Shown here piece by piece: positions 1 to 8,286 of a stretch of 64,000 nt of DNA. Source of the DNA: an uncultured bacterium (GTDB lineage: Bacteria; Verrucomicrobiota; Verrucomicrobiia; Verrucomicrobiales; DEV007). Every line of letters starts with the position of its first letter. Positions within the stretch are counted from its first letter, which is position 1. The stretch lies in assembly GCA_963977015.1 (NCBI GenBank), contig CAXBMO010000011.1:123844-187843 (forward strand), given 5' to 3'. A program made the position numbers and the translations under genes. The notes beneath the pieces were generated by a model. The model was not told where the DNA came from and did no database searches. It worked only from the letters and a program-made list of their open reading frames with translations.

Positions 1-221
1 GCCTGAACGGAAAGTTTCCCCACCAATTCAGAGACCGTGGAACTTCCGTCCAACATCTGGAGGAAGTGATGTTCGATGTGCCCAATACTAAAATAGGTTC
101 CAGCCAGGGGATCCTCCAAAACAAAGTTCCCGTCTTGTCGATAGATCTGGAGATCATCGCGAAGCTTGGGCCGCAACGCGGATAGTTCGCGAGTGGATAG
201 ATTGGCTTCGGATCGCATCAT
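1..221 (-). CDS. N-terminal part (runs off the window) of a probable PqqD/RRE-like + M50 peptidase/adaptor fusion protein
   Basis: Not in the ORF track. ATG at 221, 3 bp after the stop of 225..2075, and open to the window edge: MMRSEANLSTRELSALRPKLRDDLQIYRQDGNFVLEDPLAGTYFSIGHIEHHFLQMLDGSSTVSELVGKLSVQ. The LRPKLRDDL...LEDP..G.YF.IG...FL..LDG..TV.EL pattern resembles N-termini of 'putative peptide zinc metalloprotease' proteins that accompany GAF-adaptor genes. The M50 domain itself is not visible. Confidence 0.6.
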   Translation of the reverse strand, partial: MMRSEANLSTRELSALRPKLRDDLQIYRQDGNFVLEDPLAGTYFSIGHIEHHFLQMLDGSSTVSELVGKLSVQ

Positions 222-224
222 CGC

Positions 225-2075
225 TTAGGGAAGTTGACGAAGTAGCCAGTTGGTTGGTGCACGGAGAATGGTCCAAACCGCGGGACGCCAGGGACCATGA
301 ATGGTGGCGCGCCCAATTCCTCCGGGGCGAAGGGATTCTTCCGGGTTGGCGATGGTTGCCTGGCAGACAAACACGTTTTCGCCGTTGCGAAACTCGGAAT
401 GGGGGGAAACAAGCGTCAAGTTGGCCTTCCACGTTTTCCCCGGATGAGAGTCAAATCTCATGGTTACCGATGCGTTGTCCCTGATGAGTGCAATGTCAGA
501 CTCCTCGACGGCGATCTCGGCCTGCATCGAATCCAGGGATCCGATTTCAAACAGGCGCTCGCCGAGTCGAATGATGGCTCCTTCATTTCTTTTGAGGTCG
601 CCGCGTAACACGCGCCCCTCGATTGGAGATTTAATCTGAAGGTTTTCCTGGCGATAAGTAAGAACGTTGGCCGTTTCGGCTAAGCTGTCGGCTTCGAGTC
701 GAGCCATTTGGGATTCAGCAATTTGGCCGGAACTCATGGCGGCATCCGCCTGTTTCTCAGCTCGAAGTCGACGGGCGTTGGCGTCGGCCAATTGCCACCG
801 AATTTCACGATCATCCAGGTCCGCAAGCAGTTGTCCGGTTTGGACGACTTCTCCGGGTTCAACGTGTGCCTTCCGAAGAATGCCATCAAAAGGGGCGGAA
901 ACGATTCTTCGGACGGTGGGTTGTAATGTAACCGGGGCATCGACCGGGATCGGGATCGGAGCGGCCGCGAAGGCGCCCAGACAAATGAGCAAGCTCACGA
1001 CAAAGCGTCTTTGGTTCGACTTTGCTCGTCCCCACATGCGATGGAGTCGACCGGTCATCGCTCCTGGCTTGCCTTTGTGCAGAAGGTGAAGTTGCGGACC
1101 TATCAGGTGTTGAGCGGTTTTGAGAAACCGCATCAGTTCCGGAAGCCCTTCCGGCTTCTTCTTCCAAAGGAACAACCATGCGCCGACAACCCGGTCGTTG
1201 TAATAGAGGGGCGCGCACCAATAGTGTTGAGAGGTTGAGTTCCCAAGAAGGGATTGAATCTCGGAAGACGCGAGAAAGACGGCGTTGTCAGTCGAATCCA
1301 GTTCCCGCTTTCCGTGCACGGTTTCGGTAAGGAGCGCCTGGATCGCGGTTCCCCCTGCACTCTTCAAAGGAGAATCGCTCTGCATTCCGGAAACGGCCTG
1401 TAGCTTGACGTTGCCCGTCTGCTGAGTCGTCGCCAATGCGACGCGGTCACACTTTGCCAGAACTTGAAGGATATCGACCAATTGAGTGGCTGCGGTGGGG
1501 AAATCACTGGCGCAGCCCGTTTTTTCCATGGCCTCGAAAAGTCCGCCAATACGTTGGGCGGCGAGATTCTCAACCTGGTGCCTCACTTCATCTTCGAGCG
1601 CATAGAAGAGCAAGGCGAACCACTGCAGGGTTGCCAATTCTCCTGTCCGCTCAATGCCGTCGTCATAAGGCATAACCAGACAAAGTCCGTAGTCGATTTT
1701 ACCTTGTTGTAAGATCGGGACGGTGATGAACGCCAGCGGGGTGTCCTGGACCTCAAAGTAGTCCGTGCGAGCCTTGCGCTCTTGGCGGCTGAGCATTCCG
1801 GTGTGCCAAACACAGGAGATGAGATCCTCCTCCGTGGGACCTTCGGCGAGCGTTATGGTGGGGGTCGTTTCGTCGCGGAAATCAACCTGGTATGCCCCAA
1901 TCGCGCGAAAGAGGTGCTTGATGAGGGAAAGCCCGGTTTGACCGCGGAGATGAAAAGGTAGCTTCGAGATCGACGATATCGCCTCATGCGCACTGGAGTG
2001 GCTCAATACCGAACGCTGCGCCAGTCTTTCGGTGGGGATACCCGTTGATCGAGGCTGCGAGGACGTCATGGTCAT
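225..2075 (-). CDS. GAF-domain-containing efflux/secretion periplasmic adaptor (membrane fusion protein)
   Basis: N-terminal GAF-like regions, one TM segment (FVVSLLICLGAFAAAPIPI), lipoyl half-motifs (VSAPFDGILRKAHVEPGEVVQTGQLLADLD; IKSPIEGRV), coiled coil, C-terminal beta-barrel ending LRPGGIGRATI. Confidence 0.85.
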   Translation of the reverse strand: MTMTSSQPRSTGIPTERLAQRSVLSHSSAHEAISSISKLPFHLRGQTGLSLIKHLFRAIGAYQVDFRDETTPTITLAEGPTEEDLISCVWHTGMLSRQERKARTDYFEVQDTPLAFITVPILQQGKIDYGLCLVMPYDDGIERTGELATLQWFALLFYALEDEVRHQVENLAAQRIGGLFEAMEKTGCASDFPTAATQLVDILQVLAKCDRVALATTQQTGNVKLQAVSGMQSDSPLKSAGGTAIQALLTETVHGKRELDSTDNAVFLASSEIQSLLGNSTSQHYWCAPLYYNDRVVGAWLFLWKKKPEGLPELMRFLKTAQHLIGPQLHLLHKGKPGAMTGRLHRMWGRAKSNQRRFVVSLLICLGAFAAAPIPIPVDAPVTLQPTVRRIVSAPFDGILRKAHVEPGEVVQTGQLLADLDDREIRWQLADANARRLRAEKQADAAMSSGQIAESQMARLEADSLAETANVLTYRQENLQIKSPIEGRVLRGDLKRNEGAIIRLGERLFEIGSLDSMQAEIAVEESDIALIRDNASVTMRFDSHPGKTWKANLTLVSPHSEFRNGENVFVCQATIANPEESLRPGGIGRATIHGPWRPAVWTILRAPTNWLLRQLP

Positions 2076-2259
2076 GGCAAGGGAGGCGAAGGCTGAACAA
2101 AGTGAAGAGGGAGGTGCTTATCTTGCCTGGGATCCTGCGGTAATTTTCGGTCTTCCGTCCGGGAAGAGCACGACGATCAGTGGTGTCGGGGAAAGCAAAG
2201 GAGGCTGTTTCATGAGGGGGCTTAATTCTAAGCCTTCAAGATATTAAACGCAAATTATA

Positions 2260-2275
2260 TTATAATTACCATAAT
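2260..2275 (-). promoter_or_regulatory. Conserved AT-rich promoter/operator motif, copy 1
   Basis: TTATAATTACCATAAT, 15/16 identical to 8230..8245. On the minus strand it overlaps a TATAAT -10-like hexamer upstream of the GAF-adaptor gene. Confidence 0.5.
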
Positions 2276-2517
2276 AATGTATGGAGGTGATGATCATAAG
2301 GTTTTCCTAACCACTGAATGAATACGCAGCTTCGCGAAAAGCTGGTTCAGCCGCATGTTCCGTAGCTTCCTGGGCACAGGGGAACGCCTGAAACGAGTGC
2401 CTCAGTTGCAATGGCAAGCGGTTGACATGCGCCGGTGGACGGCGAGCCGGGTGAGAGCACCTACTTCACTGCCGGAAAGGGGGAATGGTGGGAGCGGAAA
2501 AGTTCCGCCGATAGGTC

Positions 2518-5500
2518 TTAGGCCGCTGCGGCAGCCGCTGCTGCTGCATCATCCATTGCGGGAACGGGTGCATTTGTGCCTTCGCCCATTGCTTCCTCAG
2601 AAGTTGGGGCGGGTTCCTGGGGGAGCGCCTCGATATTGCCCTGAGTTTGGTTCGGCGAATCAAGATTGACCGCAGTTCCGTCATCCGTAATCACCTCCAA
2701 GGGTGCGTCGCTTCCTTCAGGCTCAACAAGATCTTGTGAAGACGTTTCATGGTAAACGAATTGAGCGTCCGCCGCAGTTGACTCAGTGCCATCCGCGAAG
2801 CGGACGATGCTTTCACCATGAATCAACACATCACCGTCGGCCGCCGTGTATTCAATGCCATCACTAACCAAGCCAATGGACTCGATTCCTGCTTCAGTCA
2901 GCGATCGAAGTTCGCCTTCGCTCACCATTCCGTCGCCGTCCGCATCCTGCCAGATTTTGAAGGATTCAAACTCACTATCCGCTGCGGAAAGCACTTGGTC
3001 ACTGTCGGAATCGAAGTAGAGAAGGCCTTCCATATCGGTTTTGGCGCCATCCACATAGTCTGTAAATGAGACTTCATGTTTGCCGGAGATTTGGCCATCC
3101 TGGTCGGAATCGTAAACCAGAACCGCGTCATCCTGATGTGCCCAAGCGGTTTGTTCCTGAGCCCCGTCTCCGTCGATATCGAAGCGGATCCCTTCTGCAG
3201 CTGAGAGGAACTCGACACCGTCGCCATCCAAATCGATGACGACCGGCGGGGCGGCGGTAAGCACAAAAATCGTCATCTGAGCTTCGGAACTGACTCCCGT
3301 TCCGTCCGTGGCCGTTACTTCGATAAATCGCGGGGTGATGGAGGGGGATGATTCCGTGTTCTCAAAGGTGATGGCCTGGAGCGCGGTGGTGTAATCCGCC
3401 AGGCTGGCCGTTCCCGTCAAGGTGATGGTGAGGGTGCCGGCACCCGATGACGCCACGGCGCTGATGGAGGCGGGAATGCCGGTGCTATTAAGGACATCGC
3501 CGGTTTGCGCATTCGTCAGGGTAATGGTCATGCCCTCGAGATTTGCCGAGTTGAAGTCGGTGACGTAGCCATCGCTGTCAGCGATGTTAACCGCGTCACC
3601 ACCTTCGACGAAGCGGGCATACGCCGCGTGGGGCTTGCCACCCGTGCTGGAGTCCTGGTCCAACACCACATGGGGACGAAACAGGTCGTTGGCCACGGTG
3701 GGGTCAGCCGCGCCATCGTTCTGGCCGGAGGGATTACCCTGGGCAAGATAGGTGCCTTCTCCGGTGATCGTATTCACCGAATAGATCCGGCCGCTATCGT
3801 TGTTGAGGATGGCCACATTCCCGTTGGCATCGGAAAACGCTCCGCCCCACGCACTGCCGTCAGAGGAATGCAAGGGAATCGCATTCGCAAAACTCGTAAT
3901 CGTCCCGTCCATCGTCATGGAGTAAACCGTGCTGCCCAGGGCTGCCCAAAACAGGTTATTCACCGGATCATAGGCGATGTCATGAAAGGTGGCGCTTTCG
4001 GACTGGTCAAAGGTTCCGACTTTGGTGCCGTTTTGCACATCGTAGATACTCCACGAATCGGTGTTACCCCTTTTGGCATACAGATAACCGTCCGCGGGAT
4101 TGAATTCCCCCACATATTCACCATTGGCAATACCCGAGCCGATGACGGAGGATGCGCCCGTTTCCGGATCCACTTGAATGAGGTCGGTGTCGGAGATCGC
4201 GTAGATTTGCGAGTCGACCGAGTTGAAAGCCATCGCGTTATAATTGCCGATGCTTCCCGAAACCGATCCGATGGGTTGATTGACGAAGGTGGCCAACGCC
4301 GGATCAAAAGCCAGGTAGTTGAGTTGACCGGAGGTGACCTGAAACGCGTTGTTGTTCACGGCGTCATCATATCCGGTAATCGTGACATTGATCGTGGCCG
4401 TTCCAATGTCGCCGTGTACGTCTCCCGCACCGTAGGTGAAAGAGTCGGAAGCCGTCTCGCCATTCGAAAGTCTGTCAAATGTGCCATTGGGATCGTAGTA
4501 AATCGTCCCGTCACTCATCAGAGTCGCAGTTGCACCGCTGGAGAGCCCGACGGGCACCCCTACGGTAGCGGTGACGCCGTTGATTTCAGCAATGGAGAAG
4601 GAATCCTCTTCCTGGTCGCTGTCGTTCGGTAATACATCGATTTGGACGCCCAGATCTTCACCGGTGGCGGCACTGTCGTCTACTGCGGTTGGGGCATCGT
4701 TTACCGCGTCAATGGTGATGTTCACCGTCGCATTCGAAACGTCGCCATCAGCATCGGTCAGCGAATAACTGAATGAATCTGTCCCGTTAAAGTTGGCGTT
4801 TGGAGTATAGGCGTAAGTTCCGTCCGTATTGACGACGAGTGTTCCGTTTGAAGTGTCGGATGTCTTTACATACGTGTTACCTCCGTCTCCGCTCAACGTG
4901 TCATTGCTGCTCAAATCTCCATTGAGGACAATGTCTTCATCAGTCGAAACCGTATCGTTGACGGCTTCGGGAAAGTCATCGACAGAGTTGATGGTGACAT
5001 TGACTGTGGCGGTGGAAACGTCCCCGTCGGTGTCCGTCAATGTGTAGGTGAAACTGTCGCTTCCGTTATAGTTTGCGTTGGGGGTATAGGTATAGGTTCC
5101 GTCCGCGTTGACGACCACCGATCCGTTGCTGGGATCGGAACCTTTCGCGAAGGTGTTGCCGCCGTCCGCACTCAATGTGTCGTTCGTGCTGACATCGCCA
5201 TTTCCGGAATTGTCTTCGTCAATCGTTAGCGTGTCATTGGTCGTGCTTGGAAGATCATCGGTCGGGTTGACGGTGATGGTGGCCGTCGCGGTCGATTCGT
5301 CGCCGTCAGCGTCCGTCAATGTATAGGTGAAACTGTCGGTTCCATAGAAGTCGGCGTTCGGAGTGTAGGTAAAGGTTCCGTTCGTGTTGACGACAACGGT
5401 TCCGTTGCTGGGATCCGACGCTTTGACGAAAAGGTTAGCGCCGTCACCGAGGGTGTCATTGGTGCTAAGGTCACCATTGAGGACGGAGTCTTCGTCCATG

Positions 5501-6546
5501 CTGGGAGTATCATTAACGGCGATGGGCTCGTCATCGACCGGGTTGACGGTAACGGTTACGGTGGCGGCAGACGTCGATCCATTGGAATCGCTGATCTTGT
5601 AGATAATGGTGTCTGTCCCATTGAAGTTCGCATTCGGAGTGTAGTTGAGGGTCCCATCTGGATTAATGGTGACCGTTCCGTTGACTGCGGTAGCTGACGT
5701 TACGGTTAGCGTCTCGCCCGGGGCGGCAGTGTCATTTTCCAGAACGTTGATGTTTGCAACCAAGGTGTCTTCATTCGTTGAAGCCGCGTCATCATTCGCA
5801 TTGGGGGGGAGATTGTAATTGATGGAAACGGTCGTTACTTCAACGGTTGGTGACGTGGAGTCGGAGTCACCGGTTGAACTCTCGGTTGTTGTGGCCCTGG
5901 TGGACGTTTTACTGGTAGAGGTGTCTACCGTGTTGTCCGCGGCGCTTTCATTTGGAAGAGGCGAATTGGTCCTTGGGCCGTCGTTGGGGCTGCCCCCAAA
6001 TCCCGCCGCCGGAGGCGTCTCGTCAGGAGTCAATGCCTCGGAAAGGTCATCATTGTAGGCGGAGAACGTGTCACGAAATTCCGTGTATCCCAAGTTCGAC
6101 AACCGCATCAGAGTAAAGTCATTCTCTGGGGGCAAATTTCCAATTTCACCACCAAGAGTTCTGGCCGGATTGGAGCCAGCTTCGTTTCCAGGTTCAACGC
6201 CGGAAGTGGCGGTAAGTTGGTTGGGAGGATTGTCAGGGGAGCCGGTAAGATTCGAGAACCGCTCAAAATACTGCGCAGCTTCGCTGTCAGGCGCGACATT
6301 GACGATAATTTCCTGTCCGTAGCCGGTGGAGGTAAAATAATCCTTTAAGATCACGGAATTCCCTTCCTGAAACTCGACTCGAAGATCACCTTCGATTGGA
6401 AGCAACGTCACGGTTGCAGGTGTTCCTGCGTCATCGAGGACGAAGACGATATCACCGGGTTCAACTGGAATGACATCACCATCTTTGACTGAGTGCCTGA
6501 GCTTGACGTTGCCGTCGGCATCACGAATTTGGATTTGGTGTTTCAT
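2518..6546 (-). CDS. Large T1SS-secreted repeat adhesin (BapA/LapA-like)
   Basis: No signal peptide. N-terminal BapA-prefix-like region, a PAAG motif and an S/T-rich linker. About 4 cadherin-like/Big_9 repeats (P.AVND.....ED......L.ND...YTPNANFNGTDSFTY...DADG), a propeller-like region, and a Ca-binding DLDGDG module near the C-terminus. Adjacent to TolC and T1SS genes. Confidence 0.9.
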   Translation of the reverse strand: MKHQIQIRDADGNVKLRHSVKDGDVIPVEPGDIVFVLDDAGTPATVTLLPIEGDLRVEFQEGNSVILKDYFTSTGYGQEIIVNVAPDSEAAQYFERFSNLTGSPDNPPNQLTATSGVEPGNEAGSNPARTLGGEIGNLPPENDFTLMRLSNLGYTEFRDTFSAYNDDLSEALTPDETPPAAGFGGSPNDGPRTNSPLPNESAADNTVDTSTSKTSTRATTTESSTGDSDSTSPTVEVTTVSINYNLPPNANDDAASTNEDTLVANINVLENDTAAPGETLTVTSATAVNGTVTINPDGTLNYTPNANFNGTDTIIYKISDSNGSTSAATVTVTVNPVDDEPIAVNDTPSMDEDSVLNGDLSTNDTLGDGANLFVKASDPSNGTVVVNTNGTFTYTPNADFYGTDSFTYTLTDADGDESTATATITVNPTDDLPSTTNDTLTIDEDNSGNGDVSTNDTLSADGGNTFAKGSDPSNGSVVVNADGTYTYTPNANYNGSDSFTYTLTDTDGDVSTATVNVTINSVDDFPEAVNDTVSTDEDIVLNGDLSSNDTLSGDGGNTYVKTSDTSNGTLVVNTDGTYAYTPNANFNGTDSFSYSLTDADGDVSNATVNITIDAVNDAPTAVDDSAATGEDLGVQIDVLPNDSDQEEDSFSIAEINGVTATVGVPVGLSSGATATLMSDGTIYYDPNGTFDRLSNGETASDSFTYGAGDVHGDIGTATINVTITGYDDAVNNNAFQVTSGQLNYLAFDPALATFVNQPIGSVSGSIGNYNAMAFNSVDSQIYAISDTDLIQVDPETGASSVIGSGIANGEYVGEFNPADGYLYAKRGNTDSWSIYDVQNGTKVGTFDQSESATFHDIAYDPVNNLFWAALGSTVYSMTMDGTITSFANAIPLHSSDGSAWGGAFSDANGNVAILNNDSGRIYSVNTITGEGTYLAQGNPSGQNDGAADPTVANDLFRPHVVLDQDSSTGGKPHAAYARFVEGGDAVNIADSDGYVTDFNSANLEGMTITLTNAQTGDVLNSTGIPASISAVASSGAGTLTITLTGTASLADYTTALQAITFENTESSPSITPRFIEVTATDGTGVSSEAQMTIFVLTAAPPVVIDLDGDGVEFLSAAEGIRFDIDGDGAQEQTAWAHQDDAVLVYDSDQDGQISGKHEVSFTDYVDGAKTDMEGLLYFDSDSDQVLSAADSEFESFKIWQDADGDGMVSEGELRSLTEAGIESIGLVSDGIEYTAADGDVLIHGESIVRFADGTESTAADAQFVYHETSSQDLVEPEGSDAPLEVITDDGTAVNLDSPNQTQGNIEALPQEPAPTSEEAMGEGTNAPVPAMDDAAAAAAAAA

Positions 6547-6638
6547 GGGGAGGGAGGAGTGGGCCTGTTAGTTAGGATGTTCGTTAGTCTGTGGGCGTAG
6601 GTTCCTTTGAGAAACTGCTGGCTGCCTGAGTGGAGATT

Positions 6639-8192
6639 CTAGCCTTCGGTCGAATCGGAAGGCTCCTCACTTGCTGAGCGAGCTCCTTTCGATTTGAAGG
6701 GATTGAGTCGAAAACGCTTCGGTTCTGGGGAAGGGGCCGTTTTGGGCTCTCCTTCGGTGGTATCGGCTTGCGAGACTTCGGCAACGACGGTTGCGGAAGA
6801 GTTTGAAGAACCGGTGGGAGGAGTGCCCTTCACGGAAAGCAATTCAGAAGTAAGCTCATTGCCTGTCGTGCGGTGACCAAAGTAGTCATTCACACCTTTT
6901 GTCCCGATGAGCGCCTCGGTTAAAGACCCTTGAACGCCGGCTAAGCGAAACGCACTCGTGTCCACATTGTATTTTGCGTCGATGACCTTGGTTTTCGCGG
7001 TGTGGAGTTCATCCTGAACGTCGAGGATGTTGAGCAAATCCTGCCGGCCGACCTTGAATTGCTCCTTGTAGTCGGATAGTGCACTTTCAAGGCGCGAAAG
7101 GTATTTGGAGAGGGAGATATAGCTGGTTTTGGAGCCTTCTCGTTCATTCCACAGCAGAGACCGGGTGTATTCGCTCTGTTCGATGGCTGCGCGCACCAGT
7201 TCTTCAGCCTTGCGCACCTGCAAATGTTCGCGTGCCACCAGGGCTTTGTTCGCACCCCCGCGGAAGAGATCCCAGGACATGACGAGCATGGCCCGGACTT
7301 CGTTGTCTTCCCCTTCAACTCCCAAAACATCTTCACCTACGCCCGCTCCGGCATCGAGATAGATTTTGGGGGTTCGATTTCCCTTGGCGCTTTTATGCTT
7401 GTGGGTGGCGGCGGCCAGGGCGGCGACAGCAGCCTGATAATCCCAATTCTCTTCAAGGCTGAATTCCTCTTCGGTTTGAGGAATTTCAGGAACTGGAGGG
7501 TAGGAAAGTCCGGTGGCGGGTTGGCCCGTAAGGCGGGTGAAGCGAACGATTGCATTGTCGAGCGCCAATTGCTGACTTTCCAAGGCGTTCTCCGCCAGGC
7601 TGAGCCGTCCTTCCACAAGAGCGAGATCTGCGCGGTTTCCCGCTTGTCCGACCGTTGCTTCGATCATCTCGCGCATGTCGTTGTGGCGACTGACGTGAGC
7701 TTTGGCTTCCTGAACCTGTTCCTTGGCACGAAGGATTTCGAGGTAAACTTCAGCGAGATCGACAATTCGGGCTTCGATCATGCTGCGTTCCACCAAGGCC
7801 TGGAGTTCGTGACCGTGGCGTGCGGAAATCGTCTGATTACGGGCCAATCCACCGTCGTAAATCAGTTGGCGAATTGAGAGTCCAATCTGGCGACTGAGAA
7901 GTCCGTCTCCGTCCGAACTGACCAATCCGTCCGTGGTTCGGTCGCGTTGGAGGTATCCACCGGAACCGTCGATCGAGACTTGTGGCGCCAAGTCTCCCCG
8001 GACGATCTTCCAGTTCTCGTAGGCACTGAGACGGTCGTAATTCGCGGCCTGAATTTCAGGCTCGTTGTGAAGCGTGAGTTTTGCAGCCTGTTGAAGGGAC
8101 TGCGCGGAGCCGATGCCATGGCCAAGGCCCAAGCATGCGACGACAATAGCGGTACCTCTGGCCGCAAGAGGTCGAAATTGAGTGAGTTTCAT
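6639..8192 (-). CDS. TolC-family outer membrane channel (LapE/AggA-like)
   Basis: Signal peptide; OEP motifs (APQVSIDGS, SWDLFRGG, YKEQFKVGRQDLLNILDVQDEL). Confidence 0.9.
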   Translation of the reverse strand: MKLTQFRPLAARGTAIVVACLGLGHGIGSAQSLQQAAKLTLHNEPEIQAANYDRLSAYENWKIVRGDLAPQVSIDGSGGYLQRDRTTDGLVSSDGDGLLSRQIGLSIRQLIYDGGLARNQTISARHGHELQALVERSMIEARIVDLAEVYLEILRAKEQVQEAKAHVSRHNDMREMIEATVGQAGNRADLALVEGRLSLAENALESQQLALDNAIVRFTRLTGQPATGLSYPPVPEIPQTEEEFSLEENWDYQAAVAALAAATHKHKSAKGNRTPKIYLDAGAGVGEDVLGVEGEDNEVRAMLVMSWDLFRGGANKALVAREHLQVRKAEELVRAAIEQSEYTRSLLWNEREGSKTSYISLSKYLSRLESALSDYKEQFKVGRQDLLNILDVQDELHTAKTKVIDAKYNVDTSAFRLAGVQGSLTEALIGTKGVNDYFGHRTTGNELTSELLSVKGTPPTGSSNSSATVVAEVSQADTTEGEPKTAPSPEPKRFRLNPFKSKGARSASEEPSDSTEG

Positions 8193-8229
8193 GTGTTTCT
8201 AGGTTCTGAGGTAACTTTCTAAGCTTTCC

Positions 8230-8245
8230 TTATAATTTCCATAAT
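8230..8245 (-). promoter_or_regulatory. Conserved AT-rich promoter/operator motif, copy 2, in the divergent tolC/T1SS intergenic region
   Basis: TTATAATTTCCATAAT, with an inverted partial copy TTATGGTAAT at 8269..8278 just before the T1SS ATPase start. Confidence 0.5.
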
Positions 8246-8286
8246 TTCAATATGTTTTTATCCGGGATTTATGGTAATCTTCACCA

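Noticed and set aside
3505-4632. 375-aa plus-strand ORF
   Set aside because: Antisense shadow of the adhesin.
4400-5810. CRISPR array or non-coding tandem repeat
   Set aside because: The ~280-bp periodicity is the in-frame cadherin-like repeat coding of the adhesin. I saw no repeat-spacer array or cas genes anywhere in the window.
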